A DNA stretch of 64,000 nucleotides from an uncultured Candidatus Binatia bacterium (GTDB lineage Bacteria; Desulfobacterota; Binatia; UBA9968; CAXXLF01). The notes under the pieces are model-generated. The model was not told the DNA's origin. It saw only the letters and a list, made by a program, of their open reading frames with translations, and did not search any database. Positions 40,445 through 51,197 of this stretch are shown here, piece after piece. Where the stretch lies: NCBI GenBank assembly GCA_965218425.1, contig OZ244621.1, positions 1,440,001-1,504,000 of the forward strand. Reading direction: 5' to 3'. The translations under genes and the position numbers were made by a program. Position 1 is the first letter of the stretch. Every line of letters begins with the position of its first letter.

Positions 40445-41311
40445 TTAGTTTTCAGTCCAAGATGATCGTGGCATAGAGTTTGCTCTCGTAAAATTACCGC
40501 AACCAAAGACGGTCTCGATGTTCTCAAAGACATCCCCTTTACGCCAGCGAAGGATGGGAAACCATCCCGGACGGCGATCGGGACAACGTCGCTTCGGCAG
40601 GAATTTCTTCGCCGCCAGCGCATAGGGCCTTAAGACCACCGGGGATTCCAACGAAGGTATTTCCCCCGTCTTAATGAGTCTTGTAAGCTTTTCGCGTCCA
40701 CCATCCGAAAGGAACCGTGCAAAGTCCTTCCCCAGTACCTCTGCCCCAGAACACTTAAAGACCTTCTCCCCGGCCCTGTTCATCCTCGTTACCCTAAGAT
40801 CACGGTCCGGTTCCATAATAGCGTCCATGGCACTGTCCACGAGCCGGCCGAGTTTTTCCTCACGCTCGCGGACCTCGGACTCCGCACGAAGACGTCGCAA
40901 CTCAGCAGCTGCTCGTGCGGCAAAAATTCGGATGACGGCTAAAGCTCGATGGTTTTCAGGCATGGGCCGCTGATCCAAAACTGTCAGGTGGCCGAGTACC
41001 TTTCCGTCCACACCCAAAAGCGGCGTCCCCATAAAGCTCACCGCCCCAGTCTCCTCCAGGTCATGATCGTCCGGGTAATGAATAATACCGGTGCTTTCAA
41101 CGACTCTCTCGCAAAGCGAGGGCTCGTAGTCGTCGGCGCCCCCATCGAACTCCGTGATCCAGGCCCCATGGGTATTCAAGGCCTTGGTCAGATTTTCCAC
41201 CAAGGCAGTAAAGAATCGCTCTTCTGTCTCGGTTGCGGTGCCCTCCAAGACGGTGCGCAGGGCGGCATTTTCATCAATGGCGCGTGAAGGGACGTGATCT
41301 GGTTTTGCCAT
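40445..41311 (-). pseudogene. Degraded GAF-PAS sensor (likely N-terminus of an FhlA-like sigma54 activator)
   Basis: FFTALVENL, FAARAAAEL and LVDSAMDAI; the PAS end ALRAGGEEIPAEATLS is in another frame; no output domain follows. Confidence 0.68.
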
Positions 41312-41602
41312 GATTTATACCCTGCACGACATAAGCCGGGTCAAAATATTCTCAAGGCCTTTTTATGGTATCCTCGCCGCCTCGCGTCGTTATTGGGATT
41401 GGACGGTGCGCGGACGCTTGCGTGGGATGGAAGATCCCCGGCCCTTGCGACGGCCGTCCATGAGCGGATAAACCCTACGTGCATGGAAGTGAGGAGAAGG
41501 CTCCCTGAGTGTCCGGAAAACAAGAATTCCCTTGATTTCCGAAGGACAAATGCCTAGGTAACCCTTAGAGACAACCAAAAATATTGAATGGAGGTAGCGC
41601 CT

Positions 41603-41902
41603 ATGTACGCGAGAGTCGTTTGGGGCAAGATCAATCCAGGTATGTGGGATGAGTACGAGCGAGGTTATGATAAAACCGTTGTGCCAAAGAGCCAGCAAAT
41701 CAAAGGTTTCCGTGGGCGACGGCTGATGCGAGGGATGGAAGATCTCAACGAGGGTATTTCCATCACCCTGTGGGAAACCAAGGAGGACATGGAAAACTAC
41801 GCGAAAAGCCCCGAGCGGCAGCAAAGGGCGAAAGAAGCCGAAAAACTATATGCCGGCGACTACTGGGTAAAGCATTTTGAAATAAAAGTGTCCACCATTT
41901 GA
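41603..41902 (+). CDS. Antibiotic biosynthesis monooxygenase (ABM) family protein
   Basis: KGFRG..SITLWETKEDM pattern; GGAGG RBS. Confidence 0.82.
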   Translation: MYARVVWGKINPGMWDEYERGYDKTVVPKSQQIKGFRGRRLMRGMEDLNEGISITLWETKEDMENYAKSPERQQRAKEAEKLYAGDYWVKHFEIKVSTI

Positions 41903-42028
41903 ATTGAGGTCGCCCGGCGCTTCTTTCCTGTCTGCCGACGGTGGGACAGTTCTGTTGGTCAGGAAGGCTCCGGATGAGGTCGTCCAACTAAATGAGGGCG
42001 TCAGGGACACCACTCAATTGGTGGTGAG

Positions 42029-42577
42029 ATGAAACCTATGAGCGAGCAGAGGAAAGGATTTACCGTTTGGATCGTGGGCCTTGGCAGCGCCGGCAAAAGC
42101 ACCTTGGCTCAGCTGCTGGAGAAAAGACTGCGGGAAGACGGATTCCCAGCTATCCTCCTGGAGCCAAGCAGCAGGGATGAGCTCAAATCGAGGCTCATGC
42201 CGGATCTAGGCTTTGACAGAGACGGCAAGATGGAGATCACTCGTCGGCTCGGCTACATCGCCCGGTTAATTACACAGTGTGGGGGAGTCGCCATTGTTCC
42301 CTGGATTGCCCCTGAGCGGTGGGCGCTCGACGAGGTGCGCAAAGAGATCGGCCGTTTTATCGAAGTCTATATAGAGTGTCCCTTAGAAGTCTGCAAGGAG
42401 CGGGACCACAGAGGCATTTATGTCAGGGCTGTGACGGAGGGCCATCCAGTTCCAGGTGTCACTGAACTTTGGGAGCCGCCAGTAAGCCCCGAGGTCACAG
42501 TCGACTCCACGAAGCAGACTCCCGAGCAAGAGCTTGCCGTCATCATGGAACGTCTCAAAGGCCTGAGCTATCTATAA
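42029..42577 (+). CDS. cysC: Adenylyl-sulfate kinase-like protein (divergent)
   Basis: TVWIVGLGSAGKST, DLGF, FIEVYIECPLEVCKERD and WEPPVSPE motifs. Confidence 0.78.
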   Translation: MKPMSEQRKGFTVWIVGLGSAGKSTLAQLLEKRLREDGFPAILLEPSSRDELKSRLMPDLGFDRDGKMEITRRLGYIARLITQCGGVAIVPWIAPERWALDEVRKEIGRFIEVYIECPLEVCKERDHRGIYVRAVTEGHPVPGVTELWEPPVSPEVTVDSTKQTPEQELAVIMERLKGLSYL

Positions 42578-42722
42578 AGCTAACCGCTGCAACTGATCTT
42601 TAGCACTGCAACCCCTTTAACCAGTCAGCGGGCATGATCCGTCCAATAACCCGCTTCTTCCCACGGTTATAAACGCAGCGCAACTGTAGCAGCATGCTGC
42701 TCCCCCAATCGTTATTGAAACA

Positions 42723-43233
42723 ATGGAAATGATCCGCCCATGCCTAAAAAACGACTTTGCGACCATCTATGAGATCATTAATGATGCCGCCCGTGCCTAC
42801 GAGGGAGTGATTCCCGTGGATTGTTGGAAGGATCCTTCTATGTCGAAAGGCGAACTTCAACGGGAGATCAACGAAACCGTTCGATGCTGGGGGGATGAAA
42901 AAGAGGGCGCACCGGTCGGGGTCATGGGGATACAGCATGTTCAGAACGCAACTTCGATTCGCCATGCTTACGTTCTCACGGTCAGACGGAATCAAGGCAT
43001 CGGCGGGAAGCTATTGAATTATCTTCTGACCCAGACAGAGCGGCCAATCCTAGTGGGCATCTGGGCGGACGCCACCCGGGGCCATCCACTTTTATGAAAA
43101 GTACGGTTTTCATCAGGTTGCCGCAGAGGAAAAAGACCGGCTGCTGAAAAGATACTGGTCAGTCCCTGAGCGACAGATCCGTTCCTCGGTGGTTCTGGTG
43201 GATAGGAAGTCTGAAGTCCAGCCTAGGCTCTAA
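42723..43233 (+). pseudogene. GNAT acetyltransferase, frameshifted
   Basis: RNQGIGGKLL; shift at GGGG near 43078-43081 to AIHFYEKYGF..RYWSVPERQ. Confidence 0.78.
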
Positions 43234-44953
43234 TGTTGAGCTGCCCTCCCAGAAACCGCACGATCAAGGACAAGACCACAACCAAGAGCACGGTTATAGC
43301 TGCCACCACTGTTGCCCTCTCGAGTTCAGCCCCAGCAGCGAAGTCCAGCATGAGAAGGGAAAGGGTCCTGGTTTCGCCTGTCGCCAACAGGATGACAGTG
43401 CTAATGTTCCTTGCCGCCCTGATGAAATCCAACAGACCCACAACCGCGAGAGCAGGCAAGAGCAGCGGCAGCAGAATCCGACGGTATGTAGAGAACCATG
43501 AGGCCCCGGACACTCTCGATGCCTCCTCCAGTTCATCACTGAGTTGCAAAAGGAAACTCTTAATGACCTGGACACTTAAGGGCAACCCGGCGATGGTCAT
43601 GGCAATGGCCAGGGCCAACGTGGTCCCGTAGATTGGCACAAATCTATGAACCAAAAGCAGGCTCCACAGCAGTGCCATACCCAACAAGATGCCTGGGATG
43701 GACCAAGGAAGCCAGGTAAGGAAATCCAGCACACCCCGAGCCTTAAATCGAGTCTTCACGATGACGTAAGCTACCAGAGAGCTTAGGGACACGTTCAGAC
43801 CGGCGGTCATCAATCCCAACATCAGCGTATTCTTTATGGAGCGCAACATAATGGGATCCGCCAGTACATATCTCCAGTTCTCCAGGGTCCAAGGATCTTT
43901 GATGTTGAAAAAGCCGAACAGCTTCATAAAGGTACCCAGCACGAGGAAGAAGGTGGGGACCACTGTAATGGTAAGGACAATAATCAGCACCACGATAAAC
44001 GCCGGCATTCTCCACCGTTCCAATGCCGTGGGTCTCGCACTAAAGCTTCTGCCCGTAACGGTAGTAAACGTCTTGCGCCGCACATAGAGCTGCTGCAACG
44101 CCACCATCACGAGCAAAAACGCCAAGAAGAAAGTTGCCAATGCGGTGGCCGGGGGAAATTGAGGCGGCTCGTGTGTCACGAACGCGTGAATCGTTGTAGA
44201 GAACACCTGCAGCCCAATGGGCACGCCTAAGATCAGCTCGATTTCAAAGGCTTCCAGGGACCGAATAAACCCTAGAATCGTCGCCACCAAAATGGCGGGC
44301 ATCATGACGGGTATGATGATCCGTAATAGCGTTTGAATGGTTCCTGCGCCCAACACCCGGGAGCTCTCTTCCAAGGAAGCATCCAGATTGCGAAAGGCAG
44401 GCGTCAACAGCATGACCTTCACCCCAATGGTTGTGGCCGTGAGATGAACCCAGACGATCCCCCAATAGGAGTAAATGTCAAAGGGAGGATTACTGATAAA
44501 AGGGAGCATCATGAGCCATTCATTGAGCAACCCGTATTTGGGATCCAGGAGTAGAATCCACCCCAAAGTGACCGGCAGGGCCGGAAGAAAAAAGGAAAGC
44601 CAGAAACCAAACTCTAACCAACCCCGTTTGGGAATGTCGGTGCGTGCCAAAAGCCACGCTAAAAAAATTCCCAGAACGGAGGCAATGGTCTGACGCGCTA
44701 TGGACAATGAAAAGGTGTTGTATACGGCCTCCCTTATACCTGGACTTGCGAAAGCCTCCCGCCAGCCATCCAGCCCGTAGACTACCCCCTCGCCTGGTCT
44801 CCCAACTTGGAAACTGTTGAAGAACAACAAAAAGAGAGGAGTGAGAACTAAGATAGCGACAAAGACCATGAACAAAGTTAATAATAAGGTCTGGCCATCC
44901 AAATGAGACCGCGAGGAATGAGCTTGAAGTTCTGAGGCCTCTTCCGCGTTCAT
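43223..44953 (-). CDS. Fe(III)/thiamine-type ABC permease with duplicated domain
   Basis: Two EAA motifs: LEESSRVLGA and LEEASRVSGA. Confidence 0.9.
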   Translation of the reverse strand: MNAEEASELQAHSSRSHLDGQTLLLTLFMVFVAILVLTPLFLLFFNSFQVGRPGEGVVYGLDGWREAFASPGIREAVYNTFSLSIARQTIASVLGIFLAWLLARTDIPKRGWLEFGFWLSFFLPALPVTLGWILLLDPKYGLLNEWLMMLPFISNPPFDIYSYWGIVWVHLTATTIGVKVMLLTPAFRNLDASLEESSRVLGAGTIQTLLRIIIPVMMPAILVATILGFIRSLEAFEIELILGVPIGLQVFSTTIHAFVTHEPPQFPPATALATFFLAFLLVMVALQQLYVRRKTFTTVTGRSFSARPTALERWRMPAFIVVLIIVLTITVVPTFFLVLGTFMKLFGFFNIKDPWTLENWRYVLADPIMLRSIKNTLMLGLMTAGLNVSLSSLVAYVIVKTRFKARGVLDFLTWLPWSIPGILLGMALLWSLLLVHRFVPIYGTTLALAIAMTIAGLPLSVQVIKSFLLQLSDELEEASRVSGASWFSTYRRILLPLLLPALAVVGLLDFIRAARNISTVILLATGETRTLSLLMLDFAAGAELERATVVAAITVLLVVVLSLIVRFLGGQLNIRA

Positions 44954-45143
44954 GGGTTTGTCGAGAGAAGGTTGATCGGATTCTCCCCAACGGGAATTGC
45001 TTAGCCTATACCAGAGAACGGATCCCTACAGCCACTCTAAGGCCTAGGATCATTTTGAGGATTGGAATAACACATCGAGTCATTGTGCAGGTGCAAAGTC
45101 TTCGTCTTTACCCCTGCACTTGACCTGGCTTGCCAGAAGCAAT

Positions 45144-46271
45144 CTATTTTACAATTTTGCGAGCAAATTTTGCCGCCGGATACCTAACGCTTTTAACCTT
45201 ATCTTCCAGGTGATTCCGTGCCTTATTATACTCATCGACAGTCAGGCTGTCCTTGGCGGCTCTTTTCCCTACCTTCGACAACCACCTGGTATCCACGTCA
45301 AAACGGCGGGTGGCCTGGCGCATGGCCTTGGTGAAGAGATCCTGGCCCTCTTTACTCAAAAGCCAATTAACAAAAATGATCGCAGCGTTGGGGTGAGGTG
45401 AGTCCTTAATGATGCCGATAACACCATGCCCGTTACTCGAGGGCAGGCCTTCTTTCGGTGTAGGGATTTGTTTCACGGGAAGACCCGCATCAATGTAGCG
45501 TTTATAATCTACGTAGCTGGCACCAAGGGTCAAAGCGAGCTTGCCCTTTGCCAGGGTATCTGCCAACTGACGTATATTCCGGGTGATAAATAGGTCTTGT
45601 TTGACTATCCGCCTAAGATACTCTTGTCCTTTGACATCCCACATCCAGGACCAGATGGACCGGCCTGCACCACCGATGCGCGGATCGCTCCAGCCAATCT
45701 TTCCTTTCCATTTAGGGTTGAGATAATCGTCAAAGGAACGAATCTCTCCTTCCTTGACCAAGGCGGTATTGCGAAAAAGACCACCGGTCTGCGCGTCGGC
45801 GATAAAGGAATAGAGATATCTGTTGGTTTTCACATTATCGTTCCAGACATGGCCCGCAAACCATTTTTGGGGGTTTTTCACCTCAGGAAGGATCAATCGG
45901 GAGGGGAGAGGTTCCAAGAAACCCTCATTGAATACGGCTAAAATAGAGCTTGATCCGCCATTGATGACATCAAAGTTGTTCACACCGGCCTTGATTTCCG
46001 TAACGATCCTTTTGGTGAGCTTTGAGCCCCTGCCCACGATGAGTTCCAACTCGATGCCGTAGCGCTCTTTGAAGATCTTGGACCAGGTCTTTCGCAAATC
46101 GGCATTCGGTACGGCAGTACCAATGACAACCTTCCCCTCCTTCCTGGCCGCCGCCAGGGTCGTGTCCCAATCAGCAGCAAAACTACCCGCCGGCAAGGTG
46201 AAAAAAATCACCGCCATAACGGCAGCGAGAAAAAGCCCACCCGATTTCTTGCCTGTAGTTTCATTCAACAT
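45144..46271 (-). CDS. ABC substrate-binding protein (Fe/thiamine/polyamine clan)
   Basis: Signal peptide; AARKEGKVV, PKWKGKI and PHPNAAIIFVNWLLSKEGQ motifs. Confidence 0.88.
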   Translation of the reverse strand: MLNETTGKKSGGLFLAAVMAVIFFTLPAGSFAADWDTTLAAARKEGKVVIGTAVPNADLRKTWSKIFKERYGIELELIVGRGSKLTKRIVTEIKAGVNNFDVINGGSSSILAVFNEGFLEPLPSRLILPEVKNPQKWFAGHVWNDNVKTNRYLYSFIADAQTGGLFRNTALVKEGEIRSFDDYLNPKWKGKIGWSDPRIGGAGRSIWSWMWDVKGQEYLRRIVKQDLFITRNIRQLADTLAKGKLALTLGASYVDYKRYIDAGLPVKQIPTPKEGLPSSNGHGVIGIIKDSPHPNAAIIFVNWLLSKEGQDLFTKAMRQATRRFDVDTRWLSKVGKRAAKDSLTVDEYNKARNHLEDKVKSVRYPAAKFARKIVK

Positions 46272-46318
46272 AGCTAATTCCCCCTTTAATAAATTTTGCC
46301 CGGAGGCCGCCAACAGCA

Positions 46319-47410
46319 TTAAGCATTAGGCAATACAACCGCCACCATGGCCTCCAATGTCTCATGGGATTTAAAGGCGTTGTTCACGTCGTTCAAGGGA
46401 AATCGGTGAGTAATGAGTTTTTCCACCGGGTATTTGACCACCCGATCCATCATTTGCACCGTCCGAATAATATGGTGTGGCTTGGAGGAGATAACCCCGT
46501 TCAGGCGGAGTACTTTTCTTGTAATCAGGAAGGGTGTTACGGGGGGTGGTTGGGGTCCGTGATCCCTCAGCTGACCCACCACCAGAAACTTTCCAGCGAC
46601 TCGAACCATCTCGAGACCTTCTTGGAAAGCGGTATTTGCACCTGAGCATTCAATCACTACGTCGGGGCCGCGCCCATCGGTGAGCTCCTGCACCTTGGCC
46701 ACCCTCTGTTTCGGTTCGCGATACTCTTCAATATCGATGGTTTCATCGGCCCCCATCTCCCTCGCAAGATCGAGCCGTGAGGCCGGAGCACCGATGACGA
46801 TGACTTTATTGGCGCCTGCAACCCTGGCCTGGGTCAGCGCACCCATGCCGATGGGACCGGAGCCTTGCACCACAACCGTGTCCGACAGGCTGATGCCCCC
46901 TATTCTTTCAATACCGTTGAGCACGGTATGATTTCCTATGACGCTCATGAGGGCCCTGTCGTTAGACATGGTGTCGGGAATTCGAAGCAGCCAAGGTGTC
47001 GGGTCGAGGTAGAGATACTGGCCGAAACCTCCCCTCAGATGTGGTGGATTGTCGGATGGGATAAAACCGTAGTTCTTAACCACCTGGCAATTCTCGCCAA
47101 TGGAACAATTGAAACACCTTCCGCAGGGGGTGGACCGGAAAATGACTCGATCCCCCTCTTTTAAAGGATGACCGAGGACGTCTCGATCCACCCCCTTTCC
47201 CAAACGGTCGATCATTCCAATATTTTCATGGCCAAAGATCATCGGATGGGGCCAAGATGGGTTGTGACGGTTATGAACATCTGTGGCACACACCGCCGCC
47301 ATATCCATCTTCACCAGCACGCCGCCGAGCTCCACATCAGGCACCGGGAACTCCTGGACCTCCAGGGGCTCACCTGCTTTTACAAAAACCGCCGCTTTGC
47401 ATGTTGCCAT
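46319..47410 (-). CDS. Zinc-binding alcohol dehydrogenase
   Basis: VCATD, GHE, CGRCFNC..C and GSGPIG motifs. Confidence 0.92.
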   Translation of the reverse strand: MATCKAAVFVKAGEPLEVQEFPVPDVELGGVLVKMDMAAVCATDVHNRHNPSWPHPMIFGHENIGMIDRLGKGVDRDVLGHPLKEGDRVIFRSTPCGRCFNCSIGENCQVVKNYGFIPSDNPPHLRGGFGQYLYLDPTPWLLRIPDTMSNDRALMSVIGNHTVLNGIERIGGISLSDTVVVQGSGPIGMGALTQARVAGANKVIVIGAPASRLDLAREMGADETIDIEEYREPKQRVAKVQELTDGRGPDVVIECSGANTAFQEGLEMVRVAGKFLVVGQLRDHGPQPPPVTPFLITRKVLRLNGVISSKPHHIIRTVQMMDRVVKYPVEKLITHRFPLNDVNNAFKSHETLEAMVAVVLPNA

Positions 47411-47412
47411 AA

Positions 47413-48489
47413 TCAATCCTCCACTGAATAACCGTAAAACCGCCTCGCGTTTTGCCTCAGGATACCCTGTTTGGCCTCATCGGTGAGGCCATCGCATTCC
47501 TCGATCTCCGCCGCCTCCCGGCGACAGTCTTCGGGGCCGATCTCGTGGGGGTAGTCGGAAGCAAAGACGAATGCTTGACCGCCCACTCTTTCCACCTGGT
47601 AGGAAAGGCCGGTCTCGTTTCCCTCACAACCGATGAAGATCCTACCGCTCTTGAGGTAATCGCTGGGATTGCGCTCCGCGGTGGGAAAGCCATAGGTCCC
47701 CCTGGGATCCAATTCAAAATGGTATTGATTGGACCGATCCATCCTGTCGATCCAGAAGGTGGCCCAGCTCGCCCCTCCTTCCAGGAATCCAAGCCTGAGT
47801 TGCGGATACTTATCCAGCACGCCGTTAAAGACAAAACCGGAAAGCGCAATCATGAGAGAAACCGGATGCCCCAGTCCGGCTATGGGCGCATAGACGGTAA
47901 AAGAGTCGAAGCCCATTCCGCTGTGACTACCCCCGTGAACCGCCAGAGCACAGTCCAGCCGCTCCGCCTCCTCGTATACGGGCCAATACTCCTGTGCGCC
48001 TAAGTGTTTCGCCAGACCCCGAGATGGAAGCATGGCGCCAAGCATACCCAGCTCGGTAACGGCTCTGCGGAGCTCTTCCACCGCCGCCGGCACGTCCTGC
48101 ATGGGAAGGAGGGCCATGCCCTTAAGCCGAGGACTTCTTTTCTGATAGTTTTCATGCAGCCAGTTGTTATAGGCCCGGGCCACCGCTATAGCCCAACCCG
48201 GCGAGGAGATCAGACCCATGGCCAACCCGGCTGTCGGATAAAGCACGCTGTACTCGATCTCGGCTTCGTCCAGGAAGTTTACCCATTCATTTGGACCTAC
48301 GGGTTTTCCCCCGCCAAAGGCACCCGGACTCCTGAAGCCAAGACCGTAATGATGACCGTCCAGGGTAGGCCATAACCGCGCCAAACCTCCCCTGAAGTTA
48401 CCCCGGCTGCGATAGGGCTCCTCAATGAAGTCTGCAATGGTGGGATCTTCAAAAACATGACCATCGGCGTCGATGACTCGTTTTTTCAA
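47413..48489 (-). CDS. Amidohydrolase_2 family protein
   Basis: IDADGH, AYNNWL, VHG, FLEGG and FASDYPH motifs. Confidence 0.9.
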   Translation of the reverse strand: MKKRVIDADGHVFEDPTIADFIEEPYRSRGNFRGGLARLWPTLDGHHYGLGFRSPGAFGGGKPVGPNEWVNFLDEAEIEYSVLYPTAGLAMGLISSPGWAIAVARAYNNWLHENYQKRSPRLKGMALLPMQDVPAAVEELRRAVTELGMLGAMLPSRGLAKHLGAQEYWPVYEEAERLDCALAVHGGSHSGMGFDSFTVYAPIAGLGHPVSLMIALSGFVFNGVLDKYPQLRLGFLEGGASWATFWIDRMDRSNQYHFELDPRGTYGFPTAERNPSDYLKSGRIFIGCEGNETGLSYQVERVGGQAFVFASDYPHEIGPEDCRREAAEIEECDGLTDEAKQGILRQNARRFYGYSVED

Positions 48490-48648
48490 TGGTATTCCCC
48501 CCTACTTTTCCAGCGTGAACGCAGGGAGGATCTTAGGTTTTGCCGTTCCTGGTGTCAAGGGTTTCCAGCGGTCATAATGTTGCAATGGCAATCGGGATTA
48601 CATATCCTGAAAAATTACAAGCTCGAAGTTTAATGACGGAGTACCATC

Positions 48649-50541
48649 ATGCTGGATTTTTTACGCAAGAGAAAGCGGTCCTGGACGATTTTACTAATCG
48701 TCGGGGTGATCTCCTTTGTTTTTGTCCTGTATTTTGGGTCCAGCGGCTTAGTGGAGGATCCAACCCTTGGACCAGTGGCAAAGGTTAACGGCGAAGCCAT
48801 CGGTTCCATGGAGTTGAATACCTTGGTCGCGAGAGCGCTCCGGTCCAATCGCGGCAGGCAACGACTTGACGAGCTAAACCTCCGGCTTGCACTCTTGCAG
48901 GACTTGATTCAAACCCGTCTCCTCCTCCAGGAGGCTCGCAGCCTTGGACTTGAGGTGACCGATGAGGAGCTCACGAGGGTAATTGCCCAGAATCCAACGT
49001 TCCAAACCAACGGCCAATTTGATAAGCCCCTTTACCTGCGTATCCTCAGCGCAAACAGCGTAACCCCCGGACAATTTGAAAAGGAGCGAAAGGATGATCT
49101 CCTCATTAATAAACTCCTTGACATCACTCGGGACTCGATCCACGTGAGCGAGGCTGAAGTGAGACAGCAGTACCAGCTAGAAAGGGAAAAAATCAATCTT
49201 AACTTCATCCGTTTGGCGAGAAAAGATTTCGTACAAAAGGCTGCGGTCTCAGCGCAAGAGCTAAAGAGTTACTACGACCAAAACCAGGAAGAGCTAAAGG
49301 AACCCCTAAAAGTTAGCGTCGAATACATTGCCTACCCCCACGCCCGTTTCTCCTCCAAAATCGAGGTGAGTGAAAAGGATATTGAAGAGTATTACAACCT
49401 GAACCGAGATAAGAAATTCCTTCAACCCTACGCTGTCAGGTTGCGCCACATCTTTTTCCTAATGCCTCCCGCAATGGATGCAAAAGAAAAAGAGGCCGTC
49501 CGGGCCAAGGCGCAACAAGTTCTGGGTCAGGCCCGGGCCGGAAAGGACTTCGCCGAACTGGCCAAGGAACACTCTGAGGACTCCACCGCCTCACGCGGCG
49601 GCGATGTGGGGTTTTTATCGCGGGGGAGCCTTCTTCCTGCACTGGAGGAAGCCGTCTTTGCCTTGAAGAAGGGAGAGATTACTACCGTTGTGGAAAGCCC
49701 CACCGGACTCCATATACTCAAAGCAGAGGAAATCAGGGAAGAAAAAACCAAGACCCTGAACGAAGCAAAAAATGAGATCATACGCTCCATCAAAGAGGAG
49801 CGAGGGAAGGAGCAGGCGCTCCGAGCGGCGGAGACAGACCGAGCAAAGGCCCTGGAAGGAAAAAGCCTATCGGCTATTGCACGGGAAAGGGGGCTATCCG
49901 CAAAGGTCACACCCTTGTTCCGGGAGGAAGAGGGTTTAAAAGACGTTGGGCCCGTGGATACGTTCTATACGACATCCTTTGCTCTCACCCCCCAGGAGAT
50001 AAGTCCTGCGGTGGAGGGACGGAAAGCCGACTATTTGATCAAGCTGCGGGATAGGAAAGAGCGACATTTACCGACCCTGGAGGCCATTCGAGGAGATGTC
50101 ACCAGAATGGTTAAGGAAAAGAAAGCCATGGGAATGGCCGCTGAAAAGGCGGCGGCCCTCCTTGCAGAGCTCAAAGAAAAAAAAGATATTCAACAACTCG
50201 CAAAGCAGCACGACCTTCCCGTGGAAGAGACGGGTTTGTTTTTCCGCGCCACTACGCGGTTCCCGAAAATCGGTGTCTTGGATGGAATCCCAGCAGGCGG
50301 GTTACCCCTTTCGCCTCAAGTACCCTTTGCTAACGAAGTATACGGAGGGAAAGATTCGGTTTACATCCTTGCCTTCAAGGACAAGCAACCGGCGGACATG
50401 AAAAATTTCGATAAGCAAAAGGACTCCCTTCTGGGGGCCGCCTTGAGAACAAGACAGGAGACTGCAGTGATTCAATTCGTGGAAGGACTCAAGTCCCGGG
50501 CCCGCATAGAGGTGGAAACCCAATCCCTCTCATCCGGTTGA
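48649..50541 (+). CDS. ppiD: Peptidyl-prolyl isomerase/chaperone PpiD (SurA N-domain plus parvulin)
   Basis: MLDFLRK followed by a TM helix; FAELAKEHSED..GGDVG..GLHI. Confidence 0.9.
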   Translation: MLDFLRKRKRSWTILLIVGVISFVFVLYFGSSGLVEDPTLGPVAKVNGEAIGSMELNTLVARALRSNRGRQRLDELNLRLALLQDLIQTRLLLQEARSLGLEVTDEELTRVIAQNPTFQTNGQFDKPLYLRILSANSVTPGQFEKERKDDLLINKLLDITRDSIHVSEAEVRQQYQLEREKINLNFIRLARKDFVQKAAVSAQELKSYYDQNQEELKEPLKVSVEYIAYPHARFSSKIEVSEKDIEEYYNLNRDKKFLQPYAVRLRHIFFLMPPAMDAKEKEAVRAKAQQVLGQARAGKDFAELAKEHSEDSTASRGGDVGFLSRGSLLPALEEAVFALKKGEITTVVESPTGLHILKAEEIREEKTKTLNEAKNEIIRSIKEERGKEQALRAAETDRAKALEGKSLSAIARERGLSAKVTPLFREEEGLKDVGPVDTFYTTSFALTPQEISPAVEGRKADYLIKLRDRKERHLPTLEAIRGDVTRMVKEKKAMGMAAEKAAALLAELKEKKDIQQLAKQHDLPVEETGLFFRATTRFPKIGVLDGIPAGGLPLSPQVPFANEVYGGKDSVYILAFKDKQPADMKNFDKQKDSLLGAALRTRQETAVIQFVEGLKSRARIEVETQSLSSG

Positions 50542-50579
50542 TCAGACCGCACTTTCAACGCAACTCCCGGGACAGTTAG

Positions 50580-51197
50580 ATGGAAATTTTTCTACTACGG
50601 CATGGAGAGACCCTTTGGAATTTTGAGAAGCGGTGCCAAGGCCTAACAGACCTGGAATTGAACGAGACTGGGCTCGAGCAGGCAAGGGATGTGGCTCAGC
50701 ACCTCAAAAAAGAGAAAATTCATGCTGTATTTTCAAGCAATTTAAGAAGGGCCCTGCAAACGGCCAACGCCATCAGTGAAATGCATGACTTGGAAGTTAT
50801 CACTGACAGAGATTTCCGTGAATTGGACCATGGAGAATTTGAGGGACTCACCTTCACGGAGATCCAGGCTACCTACGCCGATTTTATTCGGGCCTGGCGA
50901 GAAAAACCGGCCAACCTCGCCATTCCCGGCGGAGAGAGCATCGCCGATGTGGATAAGCGGGCATGGAGAGCAATTGAGAAGATAAAACGTCACTACCCCC
51001 ACAAAACGGTAGTGATTGTGAGCCATCAATTCCCCATGGTGTCTATCCTATGCCGTATTACAGGAACTCCCCTCAATAGATACCGCTCATTCCACGTGGA
51101 TCCCTGCGGCCTAATCCGAATCAGCTACAGCGAAAAACAAGGCTGGAAGCTTGCCCAGGCCAATGACCGCAGTTTCGCGAATCCTTCCATCGGGTAA
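50580..51197 (+). CDS. Histidine phosphatase family protein
   Basis: LRHGET, RALQTA, PGGES and VSH motifs. Confidence 0.92.
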   Translation: MEIFLLRHGETLWNFEKRCQGLTDLELNETGLEQARDVAQHLKKEKIHAVFSSNLRRALQTANAISEMHDLEVITDRDFRELDHGEFEGLTFTEIQATYADFIRAWREKPANLAIPGGESIADVDKRAWRAIEKIKRHYPHKTVVIVSHQFPMVSILCRITGTPLNRYRSFHVDPCGLIRISYSEKQGWKLAQANDRSFANPSIG

